Shown piece after piece: positions 9,397 through 19,144 of a DNA stretch of 64,000 nucleotides (positions are counted from its first letter, which is position 1; each line of letters begins with the position of its first letter). Source of the DNA: an uncultured Actinomycetota bacterium (GTDB lineage: Bacteria > Actinomycetota > Actinomycetes > JAFAQI01); the NCBI GenBank assembly GCA_963789615.1, contig CAWBLI010000005.1, positions 1,693,427-1,757,426 on the forward strand, read 5' to 3'. The notes beneath the pieces were generated by a model. The model had not been told where the DNA came from. It saw nothing but the letters and a program-made list of their open reading frames with translations, and made no database searches. Both the position numbers and the translations under genes were made by a program.

Positions 9397-11509
9397 TCAG
9401 GGGCGGTGCTTGAGGTGCACCGTCACGTGACGGGCCGACCGGGAGAGCGTGACGGTGCCGGCCTGGTTGCTGACGTGACCGGCGCTCGCCGACGCGATGT
9501 TGTGCCGGAACGCCGGCAGCTCGAACACGACCGGTCCGGCCGCCTTGGCACCGGCCACCGTCAGCCGGACGGTCTTCCCGTGCGTGACGATCGACGCGGC
9601 GAGCCGGTGACGGTTCGTCGTCGGGAAGTGGCTGACCTTGATCGGTCGACCGCTGGTCAGCCAGGCGTTCGGTACGCCGCGACCCACCAGCAGCTGGCCG
9701 TTCGAGCGCTGCGCCAGCAGCGAGTCGAGCAGGACCATGTTGGCGTTGGCCATTCCCCAGGAGTGCGGCGACGATCCGTTGCCGGACGCCGGATGGGTGC
9801 CCTGCCACGGGCTGCCGGTGTTCGGGTTCGACGCGCTCTCCCACCACGACAGCGGGCCGCTCTGTGAGTTCTTGGTCATGAACTCGTAGCTGAGGATTCC
9901 TTGGGTGCGGTGGTGAGTGCTCGACAGGCCCCAGCTGCCGTAGCCGGCGTTGTACCCGGTGCTGTAGAAGTCGGGCGAGTAGCCGCCGAAGGTGTTGGCC
10001 GGCAGCTTGCCCTTCAGCCGGTTGAAGCCGTAGTTGTACGTCGCGTCGATCAGGCTCTTGCCCGGGCCGTCGAGATGGGCACCGAACAGATACCCGTCCC
10101 AGGCCCACCGGCCGAACAGGAACGGCGCCGCCCAGTTCGCGTCCTCCGGGTTGGAGCAGCGGTTGTCGGTGTTGGGCTCGATCATCGAGCACGGCAGGTA
10201 GTTGAGGTGGTACTTCGAGATCGTCGCGTCCAGGGTCTTGTTCACTGCCTTGAGCAGGCTGTTGTACTCCTTGGTGGCCCAGTGGACCTGGGCGGTGTTG
10301 CCGACCTTCTGCGCGACGTACTTGTACGCCGCAAGCCCGAACAGCGCCGAGTAGTCGTCGATCGTCCAGTAGCCGTTGGCGTCGATGTCGCTGGTCTCGA
10401 GCATGATGCCGCCCGGGCCGGTGCGGTCCTTCGCGATCAGGTGCGCGGTGGCCTCGATGCTCGGCTCGGTGGCACCCGACGGGCCGTCGGTGTCGAAGTT
10501 CTTCTTGGCGAATGCGACGTTGCCGGTCTTGAGGATGTACTCGGCCCACAGCCACGGGTACTTCCACACGCCGTCGTCGTACTGGCTCTGCGCGCCGACG
10601 ACCGACGCGGGCCCGGGTCATCAGGGTCTTGGCCTGGCTGAAGTCGCCCTGCACCAGCAGGTTCGCGAGGATGCCGATCACGTCATGGGAGAACTCCATG
10701 TCGTAGCCGTTCTCGCCGGTGTTGAGGTGCGTGCCGTCGCGGATGATCTGGGTGTAGATGTAGCCGGCCTTGTAGGCGTTGACCAGGCTCTTGTTGGGCA
10801 GCGCCTTGATGTTGGCGATCTGCTTGAGCTGGTGGTTCCAGTACGCCTTCATGTGAGCGAAGTGCTTCGCGTAACCGCCCGCGGACTTCAGCGCAGCGGC
10901 GGTCGGGAACGCGTAGCTGTTGCCGAACCGGTCGGCCGCGACGGCGTAGTCGTGGTGCACGGTCTTCCCGGCCGGCACCCTGGCCGCCGGGTTGGTCAGT
11001 CGGGTCAGCCCCGGCGTGGCGTATGGCTTGATGGTCACCGGCTTCGAGGTCGGGTTGTGGACCGCGAACCGGCTGTAGACCACGACGTACCGGTGGCCTC
11101 CGATGGTGACGGAGTCAGCGAAGTTGGTGATCTGGACCCGGGCACCGGAGCGGTGGAAGGTCGTGACGAGCGCCGGCAGGTAGCCGTCGGCGTTGACCCA
11201 GGTGGTCGGCGCGTTGTCGTAGGCGCCGTACCCGAGGGTCACGTTCTTGCCGTCGCGCACGTAGAAGCTGCCCCCCAGGCAGGCCACGACGCCGTCCTTG
11301 TCGCCCGCCCAGCCGATCAGCCCCGCGTCGCCGAACGTGCCGGACACCGTCATGTTCGCCTGCTCCCCGCAGGAGTACGGCGAAGGCGGGGCGGGCTTCG
11401 CGCCGGTGCTCGCACCGGCCGACCCGGTGGCGACCGTGGCGACGAGGCTCAGCGGTACGGCGACCGCGGTGAGCAGGGCGACAAGCGGGCGGGATGCGGC
11501 AATGCGCAC
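9397..11509 (-). pseudogene. secreted six-hairpin (alpha/alpha)6 glycosidase-like protein, one frame break as assembled
   Basis: The N-terminal frame carries a signal peptide (..LVALLTAVAVPLSLVATVATGSAGA) up to ..QAKTLMT at ~10617. The C-terminal frame (ORF 9397..10569) carries an Asp/Trp-rich barrel region (GYWTIDDYSALFGLAAY, SPHSWGMANANMVLL). The break lies at ~10605-10620 in a ccc/ggg run. I prefer the GTG at 11509 (RBS AGGAGA); the track start is 11548. The GH family is not assignable by eye. Confidence 0.5.
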
Positions 11510-11825
11510 GATGAGTCTCCTGGCGACGGCGTTGTCGGCACTGAGCACTTGGGCAGCCTCTACCCGCCAGCGAGGGAGATCACTCGCTTTTTCCGGTACA
11601 GCGGTTGGAGTGGGTCAACCGGGCCGGTGACTTCAGGGAACTTCCCCGATTCCCCGACCCCCGCGGACAGGTTGCCGACCCGGTCGACCAACTGATCCTA
11701 CGAAGATCGCTGCGGCGAACTCCCGCCAGGGCAGGCACCGTACGTGAACGGTTGATCACACAACCGGGCGTTGATCGCATCCGGACACCGGCCGACCGCC
11801 GCCAGCCGGCTGAGGACTGACGACC

Positions 11826-13369
11826 TCAGCCGTCGGCGGGCGGCGAAACTGCTCGGCCGGCTGCCCCGAAGGCCGCCAACTCGCCTGGCGACGTGGTGAG
11901 CTCGGTGTCGCAGCTACCCGTACTGTCGTCCCATTCGACCATTGCCCTGATGTTCGGGTGGCTGGTCAGAACCGACGGGATCTGGGAGTACCAGTCCGCC
12001 TGGGCGCTGGGAGAACTGGGTCGGAAACCGTGCCGTACTCCGGCAAGATGAACGGCTTGTCGCCGAATCCGTTGGCCTCCAGCCACTGGTACGCCGGGTC
12101 GATGGTCTGGTCGAAGTCCTTCCAGCCCTCGCTGTGGCAGGACGCGAAGTTGTAGGGGTCGTAGCCGACCCAATCGACATAAGAGCTGCCCGGGTACAGA
12201 GACTGGAACTCCGAGTCATGCCCGAGATAGCCCGTGATCGTCCACACCCAGATCACGTTGGTGACACCGAGCGTGGCGAAGACGTCATGGATATGCCGGT
12301 ACGCCGCGACGTAGTCGGCCGGTTGACCTGACGTCCCAACCCTGGTGTCCATCTCGTGGTCGAAGCTGAGCATTACCGGCTTGCCATAGGCCTTGAGGTA
12401 CTCCGCCTCCGGGTCGATCACCGACGCGTCGTACTTTCCTGCTGCGATGTCCGACCACTGGAGGTGGGTGCCCGCAGAGAAGATCCTCGACGCCCAGTCC
12501 TCGAGCAGGATGTGGCCGGAGGCAGCGAGCTGCTCGTCGGCGCTGTCCGGAAACAGCCCTCCCGAGAAGTCGCGGTAGCGGTAGACGATGCCGAACTGAC
12601 CATTACTGGCGGCCTCGAGGTTGGTCACCACGCTGGACCAGTCCTCCGAGTCGCCCGGATGTTTGTACGCCCCCCACCACACACCGCAGGACGACACCAA
12701 CATCGCCGAGACGGTGCACCCGGAGGTCGGCGTGGCCGTCGGAGTCGGCGTGGACGTGGGCGTAGGGGCGGACGTGCTGGCCGCTACAGGCACAACGCTC
12801 ACGTCATCGATCCGGTAGAAGCTCGGATCGTTGCGGATGCTGAACGTCAATGTCGCCGTCGTCGACGCGCCCGCCGGCACATCGAAGTCGCCACTGTACT
12901 GGCCATACCTGTCACCGATGGTCGTCCCGTCATCGGTGAAGACGGTCTGCTGGCTGCCGCCGGTCCCCGCCGGCCCGCTGACCGTCACGAGGAAGGACTC
13001 GCCGGCCGCACCAGGATCAAGGTTCTCGGACGCGAACGACACCTCGTAGGTCTCGCCAGGGCTCACCGGAAGCACCTGGCTCAGCAGGTCCGGGCCGCTG
13101 ACCGAGCCATCGTCGTATTCGTAGGTCCCGCTGTGGGGTGCGTCGTCGCCCACGACGCCGCTGCCCGATGTCGCTTGACCCGAGTCATGGGTCCATCCCG
13201 ACAGATCCCCGGATTCGAAGCCGCAGTTGGCCACGACATTGCCGGTGATCACCGCGCAGCCGGACGCTGCGGCGGTCGCCGTCGAGCCTTGCCACACCGC
13301 CGTCACACCGGCGCCGGCAACAACAGCCGCGGTCGTCACGGCAGCTAGAAGCCTTGCCTTGCGCGCCAT
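11826..13369 (-). pseudogene. secreted CBM-containing glycoside hydrolase, GH26 (beta-mannanase)-like, one frame break as assembled
   Basis: Signal peptide, then a jelly-roll CBM (NCGFESGDLSGWT), a P/T-rich linker (APTPTSTPTPTATPTSG), and a catalytic domain with the GH26-like acid/base segment LSFDHEMD and nucleophile segment FILPEYG. The C-terminus continues in ORF 11826..12173 (AQADWYSQIPSVL..). The break is at ~12015-12030. Confidence 0.6.
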
Positions 13370-13676
13370 CGCTACCCCCGTGAGTCACTGCATCGGGATC
13401 GAGTGCCTGACCTCCGAACGTATGGAATCGACGGCGAGGCGAGCGGGAGATCGCGCAACTTGGTCACAACGAGCCACGACGCCCACCCAAGACCCCTCCG
13501 ACCGGGCCAGGGATGTGGGCCTTACCGACCGTCGAGCGCCGTTCGCACCAGTTGACCGCACGGCTGGGCCGCCTCAAGCAGCCACTGAAATCGACGCCGT
13601 GTGAGGATCGTGGGGTGGTCTTCGGCCGGGGTCGTCGCACTCTCGGCTTAGCGACCGGACGATCACAGATGTCGGC

Positions 13677-15245
13677 GTGTGTTGCGTGATCGGCCGTCGG
13701 GTTCTCGTCCTCACGTGGTTGTCTGCGCTCGCGGGCCTCTTCGCGTTCACGATCGCCCCCGCTGTGCCCGTCGCTGCCGTGTCGCGGTCCGACCGTCCGA
13801 CCAACATCCATCTGCTTGCTGCAACGTCCGCATCGTTAACGGTGAGTTTCCGGCCGACCCCAGGGGCTCGGCGGTACCGGCTCGTGGTGTCACCGGTGAA
13901 GAGCGACTTGTTCACCCGCAACATCGACCGGCCCGGCAAGCACGCCAGATCCGTGACCGCCGACAAGCCCCGGCTCCGGATCCGGGGGCTGCGCTACACG
14001 ACTAAGCCCTACTACTACCGGGTGGCGACCATCCAGGCTCACAACGACACTTGGTCACGTCACTATCGGACGGCGTACCTGCGGCCGCCTGCACCCACCT
14101 CGCTGCAGCCAGTCTCGAACTCGAGCGGTACCTATCTCAGCTGGCACAGCGTCGCGGTGACCGGAGCGGTGATCGAGCAGGCTACCGACAGCGCGTTCAC
14201 TCAAGCCGTGCGCTTCTACCGCACGCGCAGTCCTGCCCGGCGGTTCACGCCCTACGACTTGGTCCCCGGCACGACGTACTACTTCCGGGTCCGCGCGGTG
14301 AACTCCGACGTCACCTCACCGCCCTCGGAATCGACAGCGACGACAGCAACAACGAACGAGAGCTTCGTGACGGTCGTGTCCTACAACTCGCTGGACGCCA
14401 GCTTCGACGGAGAGGAGCACCCCGGTGGAAAGGGCGCGCCTTTCGCGCAGCGGCGAGCCGAACAGCTGGCACTGCTCAGGAGAAGCAACGCCGCGATCAT
14501 CGGCATCCAGGAGGGCAACTCCTGCCTCGAGGAGATCCCGCATCAGCCGTGCTACCGCCAGATCGACTCACTGGCCGCCGGATTGCGGGCACGCTACGTG
14601 CTGGCTGACACGGACGCCAGTGCGACCGGCGCAAATCGCTACGCGGGCAACTACATTCTCTACGACCCCGACGTCGTCGAGCCGGTCGGCACCGGCGGCC
14701 ATTTCACCCTCGACCATGATCTGACTGTGCCCTTGCACCACGGCGGAGGTGGCAGATACGCCGCCTACCAGGTCTTCCGTGTCGACCAGACGGGCGCGAC
14801 CGTGCTGTTCGTCTCCACCCACCTGGCCTCACCGCGCGGGCACAAGTGGAACGTGGTGCGCGGTGATGAAACGCGAAACATGATCCACCAGGCGACGGCG
14901 TATGCCACGACCATGGGCGTCGGTCCGATCGTCTACACAGGCGACTTCAACTCCTACCCGCACGAGTTCGCGACGATTGACGAGCCCGGCAACGCGATGC
15001 GCGCCGCCGGTTATCTCGACGGGATCCAGGTCGCCCAGACCCTGATCAACGCCCAGTACGACAGCATCAACGGGCTATACCGAACCCCACCACGACATCA
15101 CGGGAGCGCAGACCACGTCTTCGTGTCACCCGGGGTGGGCGTCCAGTCCTGGCAGGAACTGTTACACCTGTCGAAAGGAAAGTTCGTCGGGACGATCCCC
15201 TCCGACCACAACCCAGTCGTCTCCGGTATCGACATCCCGTATTAG
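13677..15245 (+). CDS. secreted fibronectin type III repeat protein with C-terminal endonuclease/exonuclease/phosphatase (EEP) domain
   Basis: Signal peptide, then two FN3-like modules (LTVSFRPTPGARRYRLVVSP; YYFRVRAVNS), then an EEP domain (VVSYNSL.., IIGIQEGNS, FVSTHL, GDFNS, SDHNPVVSGIDI). Confidence 0.7.
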   Translation: MCCVIGRRVLVLTWLSALAGLFAFTIAPAVPVAAVSRSDRPTNIHLLAATSASLTVSFRPTPGARRYRLVVSPVKSDLFTRNIDRPGKHARSVTADKPRLRIRGLRYTTKPYYYRVATIQAHNDTWSRHYRTAYLRPPAPTSLQPVSNSSGTYLSWHSVAVTGAVIEQATDSAFTQAVRFYRTRSPARRFTPYDLVPGTTYYFRVRAVNSDVTSPPSESTATTATTNESFVTVVSYNSLDASFDGEEHPGGKGAPFAQRRAEQLALLRRSNAAIIGIQEGNSCLEEIPHQPCYRQIDSLAAGLRARYVLADTDASATGANRYAGNYILYDPDVVEPVGTGGHFTLDHDLTVPLHHGGGGRYAAYQVFRVDQTGATVLFVSTHLASPRGHKWNVVRGDETRNMIHQATAYATTMGVGPIVYTGDFNSYPHEFATIDEPGNAMRAAGYLDGIQVAQTLINAQYDSINGLYRTPPRHHGSADHVFVSPGVGVQSWQELLHLSKGKFVGTIPSDHNPVVSGIDIPY

Positions 15246-15287
15246 GCGAGCGCCCTGACCCGCTGAGATATCAGGCAGGCTGACGCC

Positions 15288-15736
15288 ATGACGACCACAC
15301 TGATCACTGGCGCCACCGGGGGCTGGGACGGGAGACGGCGCGCCGCCTCGTCGCCGCCGGGCACACCGTCTACCTCGGCGCGCGAGACCCAAACCGGGGC
15401 GCCGCGGCCGCGGCCGAGATCGGCGCTCACCCGGTCACGCTCGATGTCACCGACCAGTGATCGGTCGACGCCGCAGTCACGTTCCTTCGATCCGAGGTCG
15501 ACTCGCTCGACGTCCTGGTTAACAATGCCGGCATCGCCGGCGACCAGCTACCACCTGCGGCAGCGTCAATCGAGGACCTGCAACAGGTATTCGCCACCAA
15601 CGTGGTCGGCGCAACCCGAGTGCTCAAAGCTCTGACGCCGTTGCTCGATGCGAGCGGCTCACCCGTTGTCGTTCAGGTCAGCAGCGCCGTCGGGTCGTTG
15701 GCCCGCAACAGCGCTCCCGAGGCTCGTTGCCTCTGA
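15288..15736 (+). pseudogene. short-chain dehydrogenase/reductase remnant (frameshift, in-frame stop, 3' truncation)
   Basis: MTTTLITGATGG, then a frame break in a G-run at ~15321-15325. The shifted frame reads LGRETARRLVAAGHTVYLGARDPNRGAAAAAEIGAHPVTLDVTDQ-TGA(15458)-SVDAAV..LDVLVNNAGI..VVQVSS... It ends before the YxxxK motif, where the convergent phosphoesterase gene terminates. Confidence 0.7.
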
Positions 15737-15761
15737 AACCAGACGCTGCCCGGCTCACCAC

Positions 15762-17379
15762 TCAGCGCTGATGCATTGACCGATTCGCCACCGTCAGCAC
15801 GACGTTGCGGTCGCGAGCCGATCCGGCCGACGTACCGTCCACCCCTACCCGGTCCCGGACCTGCCAGCCGTTCGCCGCTAGCTCGCGGGACAGCCCGGCG
15901 AGCGCCAATGGGTCGAAGCGGCCCTCCCAGGCCAGCGCGCCGAGCGAGTCCAGCACCGTGGTGACCACGACGTAGTGCCCGTCGACCTCGAGCAGCTCGA
16001 CGATCCGGGACTGCTGCGGCCAGTCGATGTGCGAGGCGGTCGTGACCTGCACCAGCCCGACCGAGCCGTCGGGGCGGTGGATGGGCGATACCCGGTGGGC
16101 GTGGGTGTGGCCGTTGAGCCAGAGGACCACGTTCCGGTGCTCGACGATGCAGCGCGTGCAGCTCGCTGGCCAGCACCCGGGCTGGCTCGCCCGCCGCGTT
16201 GCGGTCGTTGAGCAGGGTCTCGAGCGGGTGGTGGCTCAGCAGAACCACCGGACGCTCGGCCGCCGCGGTGAGCTCGGCCCGCAGCCACTCCAGCTGCGGC
16301 CGGTCCAGCGACCCGTGCCAGCCGCCGTGCTCGTTGACGGTGTCGAGGACCACGATGCGGGCCGGGCCCTGGTCGAAGCCGTAGTACGCCGTGCCGTCGG
16401 CGGCGTTGGTGTCGGTGTAGCCGTGCCCGTGCGGCTCGCCACCACGGGACCGGTGCATCCGGACGTGCTCGGCGCGGGTGACGGCAGCCCGGCCCGGGTC
16501 CGGGTCGATGTCGCGGTAGACCGAGCCGACCAGCAGCTCGAGCGACTGCGGGTCGCAGTCGGCGAAGCCGCGGAATGCCCTGACGATGTCGAGCTCCGGC
16601 GCCGGGCTCACCGCCTTGCGGGCGCTGGTGTGGCTGTCGGTCCACGGGGCCAGTGACGGCACGGTCCCCTGCATCAGCAGGTCGTGGTTGCCGTGGACGG
16701 CGAGCCACGGGACGGCCAGCCCGGTCGACAGGAACGGCTCGCGCACCATGTCCAGCAATCCCGGTACCTCGGGGAAGCCGTAGCGGCGGCGCGCGAGGTC
16801 TTCGGGGCCGCCTTCCGGATGCCAGTACCGGGTGTCGTCGACGTCCGGCGATGCGACCCCGTCGTACCGGGTGAGGTCGCCGGAGTCCGGGACGATCAGC
16901 GACGAGCCGTCGAGCAGGTCGAGGTAGGCCTCGAGCTCGTTGCACTGCGCGTTGTCGGTCGAGTCGCCGGTGACGACGGCGAGGTCGACGGGGGCGCCGG
17001 AGACCGGGCCGCGCGGCTCGGCGTTGACGGCCAGCACCATCGCCTCGACGACGTGATGGGTGAACAGCTCCTGCGGCCGGTAGGTCCCGACGATCCCCAG
17101 CTCCCAGCGGAACGGCGACTCGAGGTCGACGAACCGGTCGAGCAGCTCCATCCGGGCGGGTGACTGGTGGTCGGTGACGTGCAGGTCGGACAGGTGCGCG
17201 ACGACCAGCACCGGTCGGGCCCGGTGGCGCCAGTCCTCCGGCAGTGCCGGGGCACCGGTCTCGCGGCGGACCTGGTGCGGTTCGCCGGGTGCCCAGACCA
17301 GCTGCCGGTAGCCGCCCGGCCCCGGCTCCCCGGGAGCGATCCGCCGTCCCGCCGTACTCACCGTGCCAGCCCCCCACAT
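15762..17379 (-). pseudogene. TIGR03767-type metallophosphoesterase, one frame break as assembled
   Basis: Calcineurin-like motifs ([35 protein letters not shown], then in ORF 15762..16130 [10 protein letters not shown]). The break is at ~16143-16150 (..ASELHAL / [14 protein letters not shown]..). The start lies 15 nt downstream of the etfA stop on the same strand. It is a paralog of 48899..50563. Confidence 0.8.
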
Positions 17380-17394
17380 GCATGGCGTGGGTCG

Positions 17395-18372
17395 CTAGTC
17401 GGGGAGGGCACGAAGCGCCTTAACAACGGCAGGCAGAACCTCGTGGAGATCTCCGATCACGGCGTAGTCCGCCGAACGCATGATGGGCGCGTCCGGGTCG
17501 GTGTTGACGGCGAGCAGGTGTTTGGCGCTCTTGCAGCCCGCCATGTGCTGGATCGCGCCGCTGATGCCGCAGGCGAGGTACAGCTCGGGGGCGATCCGGG
17601 TGCCGGTCTGGCCGACCTGGTCGCGGTGTGGCCGCCAGCCCAGGCTGGTCACCACCCGGGAGCCTCCGACGGTTCCGCCGAGCAGCGCGGCGAGCTCCTC
17701 GAGTACGGCGAACTCCTCGGCCCCGCCCACGCCACGACCGCCACCGACGACGACGCGGGCGTCGCTCAGCGAGATCGACCCGGCCTCGCGCGGCACCGTG
17801 CTGACGACCTGGCCGACCAGGTCCGCCGGCTCCAGCGACGGGCTGTGGTGATGCACGGCGACGTCGGCCGGCGTATCCACGGTCGTCGCCGGCACCAGCT
17901 GCGGCGCGACGGCGAGCAGCGCGCGCGGCGCCGAGAGAACGGCCTCCTCGAGCAGGCTGCCCGCCCACCGGATCCGGGTCAGCTCGAGCCCGCCGTCGCC
18001 GAGGGTCGCGGTGAGGCAGCCCGCTGCCATCGGCAGATCCGACAACGCCGCGAGATGAGCCAGCACGTCGTGCCCACGATCCGAGCCCGGCGCGACGACG
18101 GCGGAGGCGTCGAGTGAGTCGGCGACCTGCCGGGTCGCCTGCGCCCACGCCCGGGCAGCGAAGCCGTCCAGCTGGTGGTCGACGACGACGTGAAGATCGG
18201 TCACCCCGTGCATCGCGAGCCGCGACCCGACCTCGGGATCGGGTTCGCCGACCACGACAGCAGCGAGCCTGCCGTCGCCCTGCTCGGCCAGCGACCGCGC
18301 GAACGTCAATGCCTGCAACGACAATCCCGGCACCGCCGGGCCTTCGTGCTCGACCAGACACAGGACGCTCAT
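17395..18372 (-). CDS. etfA: electron transfer flavoprotein subunit alpha
   Basis: The true start MSVLCLVEHE overlaps the etfB stop (ATGA). The C-terminal FAD-binding signature is PELYLACGISGAIQHMAGCKSAKHLLAVNTDPDAPI. The track ORF extends spuriously upstream. Confidence 0.9.
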   Translation of the reverse strand: MSVLCLVEHEGPAVPGLSLQALTFARSLAEQGDGRLAAVVVGEPDPEVGSRLAMHGVTDLHVVVDHQLDGFAARAWAQATRQVADSLDASAVVAPGSDRGHDVLAHLAALSDLPMAAGCLTATLGDGGLELTRIRWAGSLLEEAVLSAPRALLAVAPQLVPATTVDTPADVAVHHHSPSLEPADLVGQVVSTVPREAGSISLSDARVVVGGGRGVGGAEEFAVLEELAALLGGTVGGSRVVTSLGWRPHRDQVGQTGTRIAPELYLACGISGAIQHMAGCKSAKHLLAVNTDPDAPIMRSADYAVIGDLHEVLPAVVKALRALPD

Positions 18373-19139
18373 GAGCCCACCAGCCCCAGCTTCTGCAGCA
18401 CCTCGACGACGCGCGGGGCCGCGTCGGCTCCGGTGCCCAGGACCTCGGTGGTACGCCGTACCCCTTCGGGCACCCGCAGCCGGCGGACCGAGAGACCGTC
18501 CGCACCGGCCACCGGCTCGCGCCGGTCGACCTGCGCCTTCTTCGCCTTGATCCGGCCCGGCAGCGACGGGTAGCGCGGCAGGTTGATCCCCTCGCGGACG
18601 CTGACGACGCACGGCAGCGGCAGCCGGTAGGTCTCGACCGCGCCGGCGTACTCCCGGGTGGCGAGGACGCCGTCGCCGTCAACGGTCAGCGACTTGACGC
18701 CGGTCGCGACCGGTACGCCGAGGGCGTGCGCCACCCGGATCGGCACCTGGTAGTCGCCGGTGTCGGCGGCCTCGTTGCCGAACAGCATCAGGTCGAAGCC
18801 ACGACCGGCCTCCTGCTCGGCCTGGATCGCGGCAGTGATCGCCTCGGCGGTGGCCTGCGGGCCCCACTCCTCGCCGCCGGTCGCCAGCAGGACGGCTTCC
18901 TTCATGCCGATCGAGATCGCGTCACGCAGCTGCTCGACCGCTTCGTCGGGGCCGAGGGTCAGCACCACCGAACGGCCGGGGTGCGCGCTTGTGATCCGGA
19001 CCGCCTCCTCGACCGCGCACTCCTCGTGCGGGCTGACCGTGAAACCGAGGTAGCGGGTATCGATCCCGAGCTCGTCCTCGGTCAGGCTCAGGGTCGCCCC
19101 TGGCATCGGCACCCGCTTGACGCAGACCAGCACATCCAC
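18369..19139 (-). CDS. etfB: electron transfer flavoprotein subunit beta
   Basis: GTG start giving (M)DVLVCVKRVP.., typical of the EtfB N-terminus. It also shows LLFGNEAADTGDYQVPIRVAHALGVP. It begins 5 nt after the stop of the upstream FAD-GcvT gene. Confidence 0.9.
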   Translation of the reverse strand: MDVLVCVKRVPMPGATLSLTEDELGIDTRYLGFTVSPHEECAVEEAVRITSAHPGRSVVLTLGPDEAVEQLRDAISIGMKEAVLLATGGEEWGPQATAEAITAAIQAEQEAGRGFDLMLFGNEAADTGDYQVPIRVAHALGVPVATGVKSLTVDGDGVLATREYAGAVETYRLPLPCVVSVREGINLPRYPSLPGRIKAKKAQVDRREPVAGADGLSVRRLRVPEGVRRTTEVLGTGADAAPRVVEVLQKLGLVGS

Positions 19140-19144
19140 CTCGG

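Noticed and set aside
11570-11595. GCGAG-N8-CTCGC followed by TTTTT, resembling an intrinsic terminator on the plus strand
   Set aside because: The stem is only 5 bp and no plus-strand gene ends upstream. The site lies in the 5' leader region of the minus-strand glycosidase-like gene. The evidence is insufficient.
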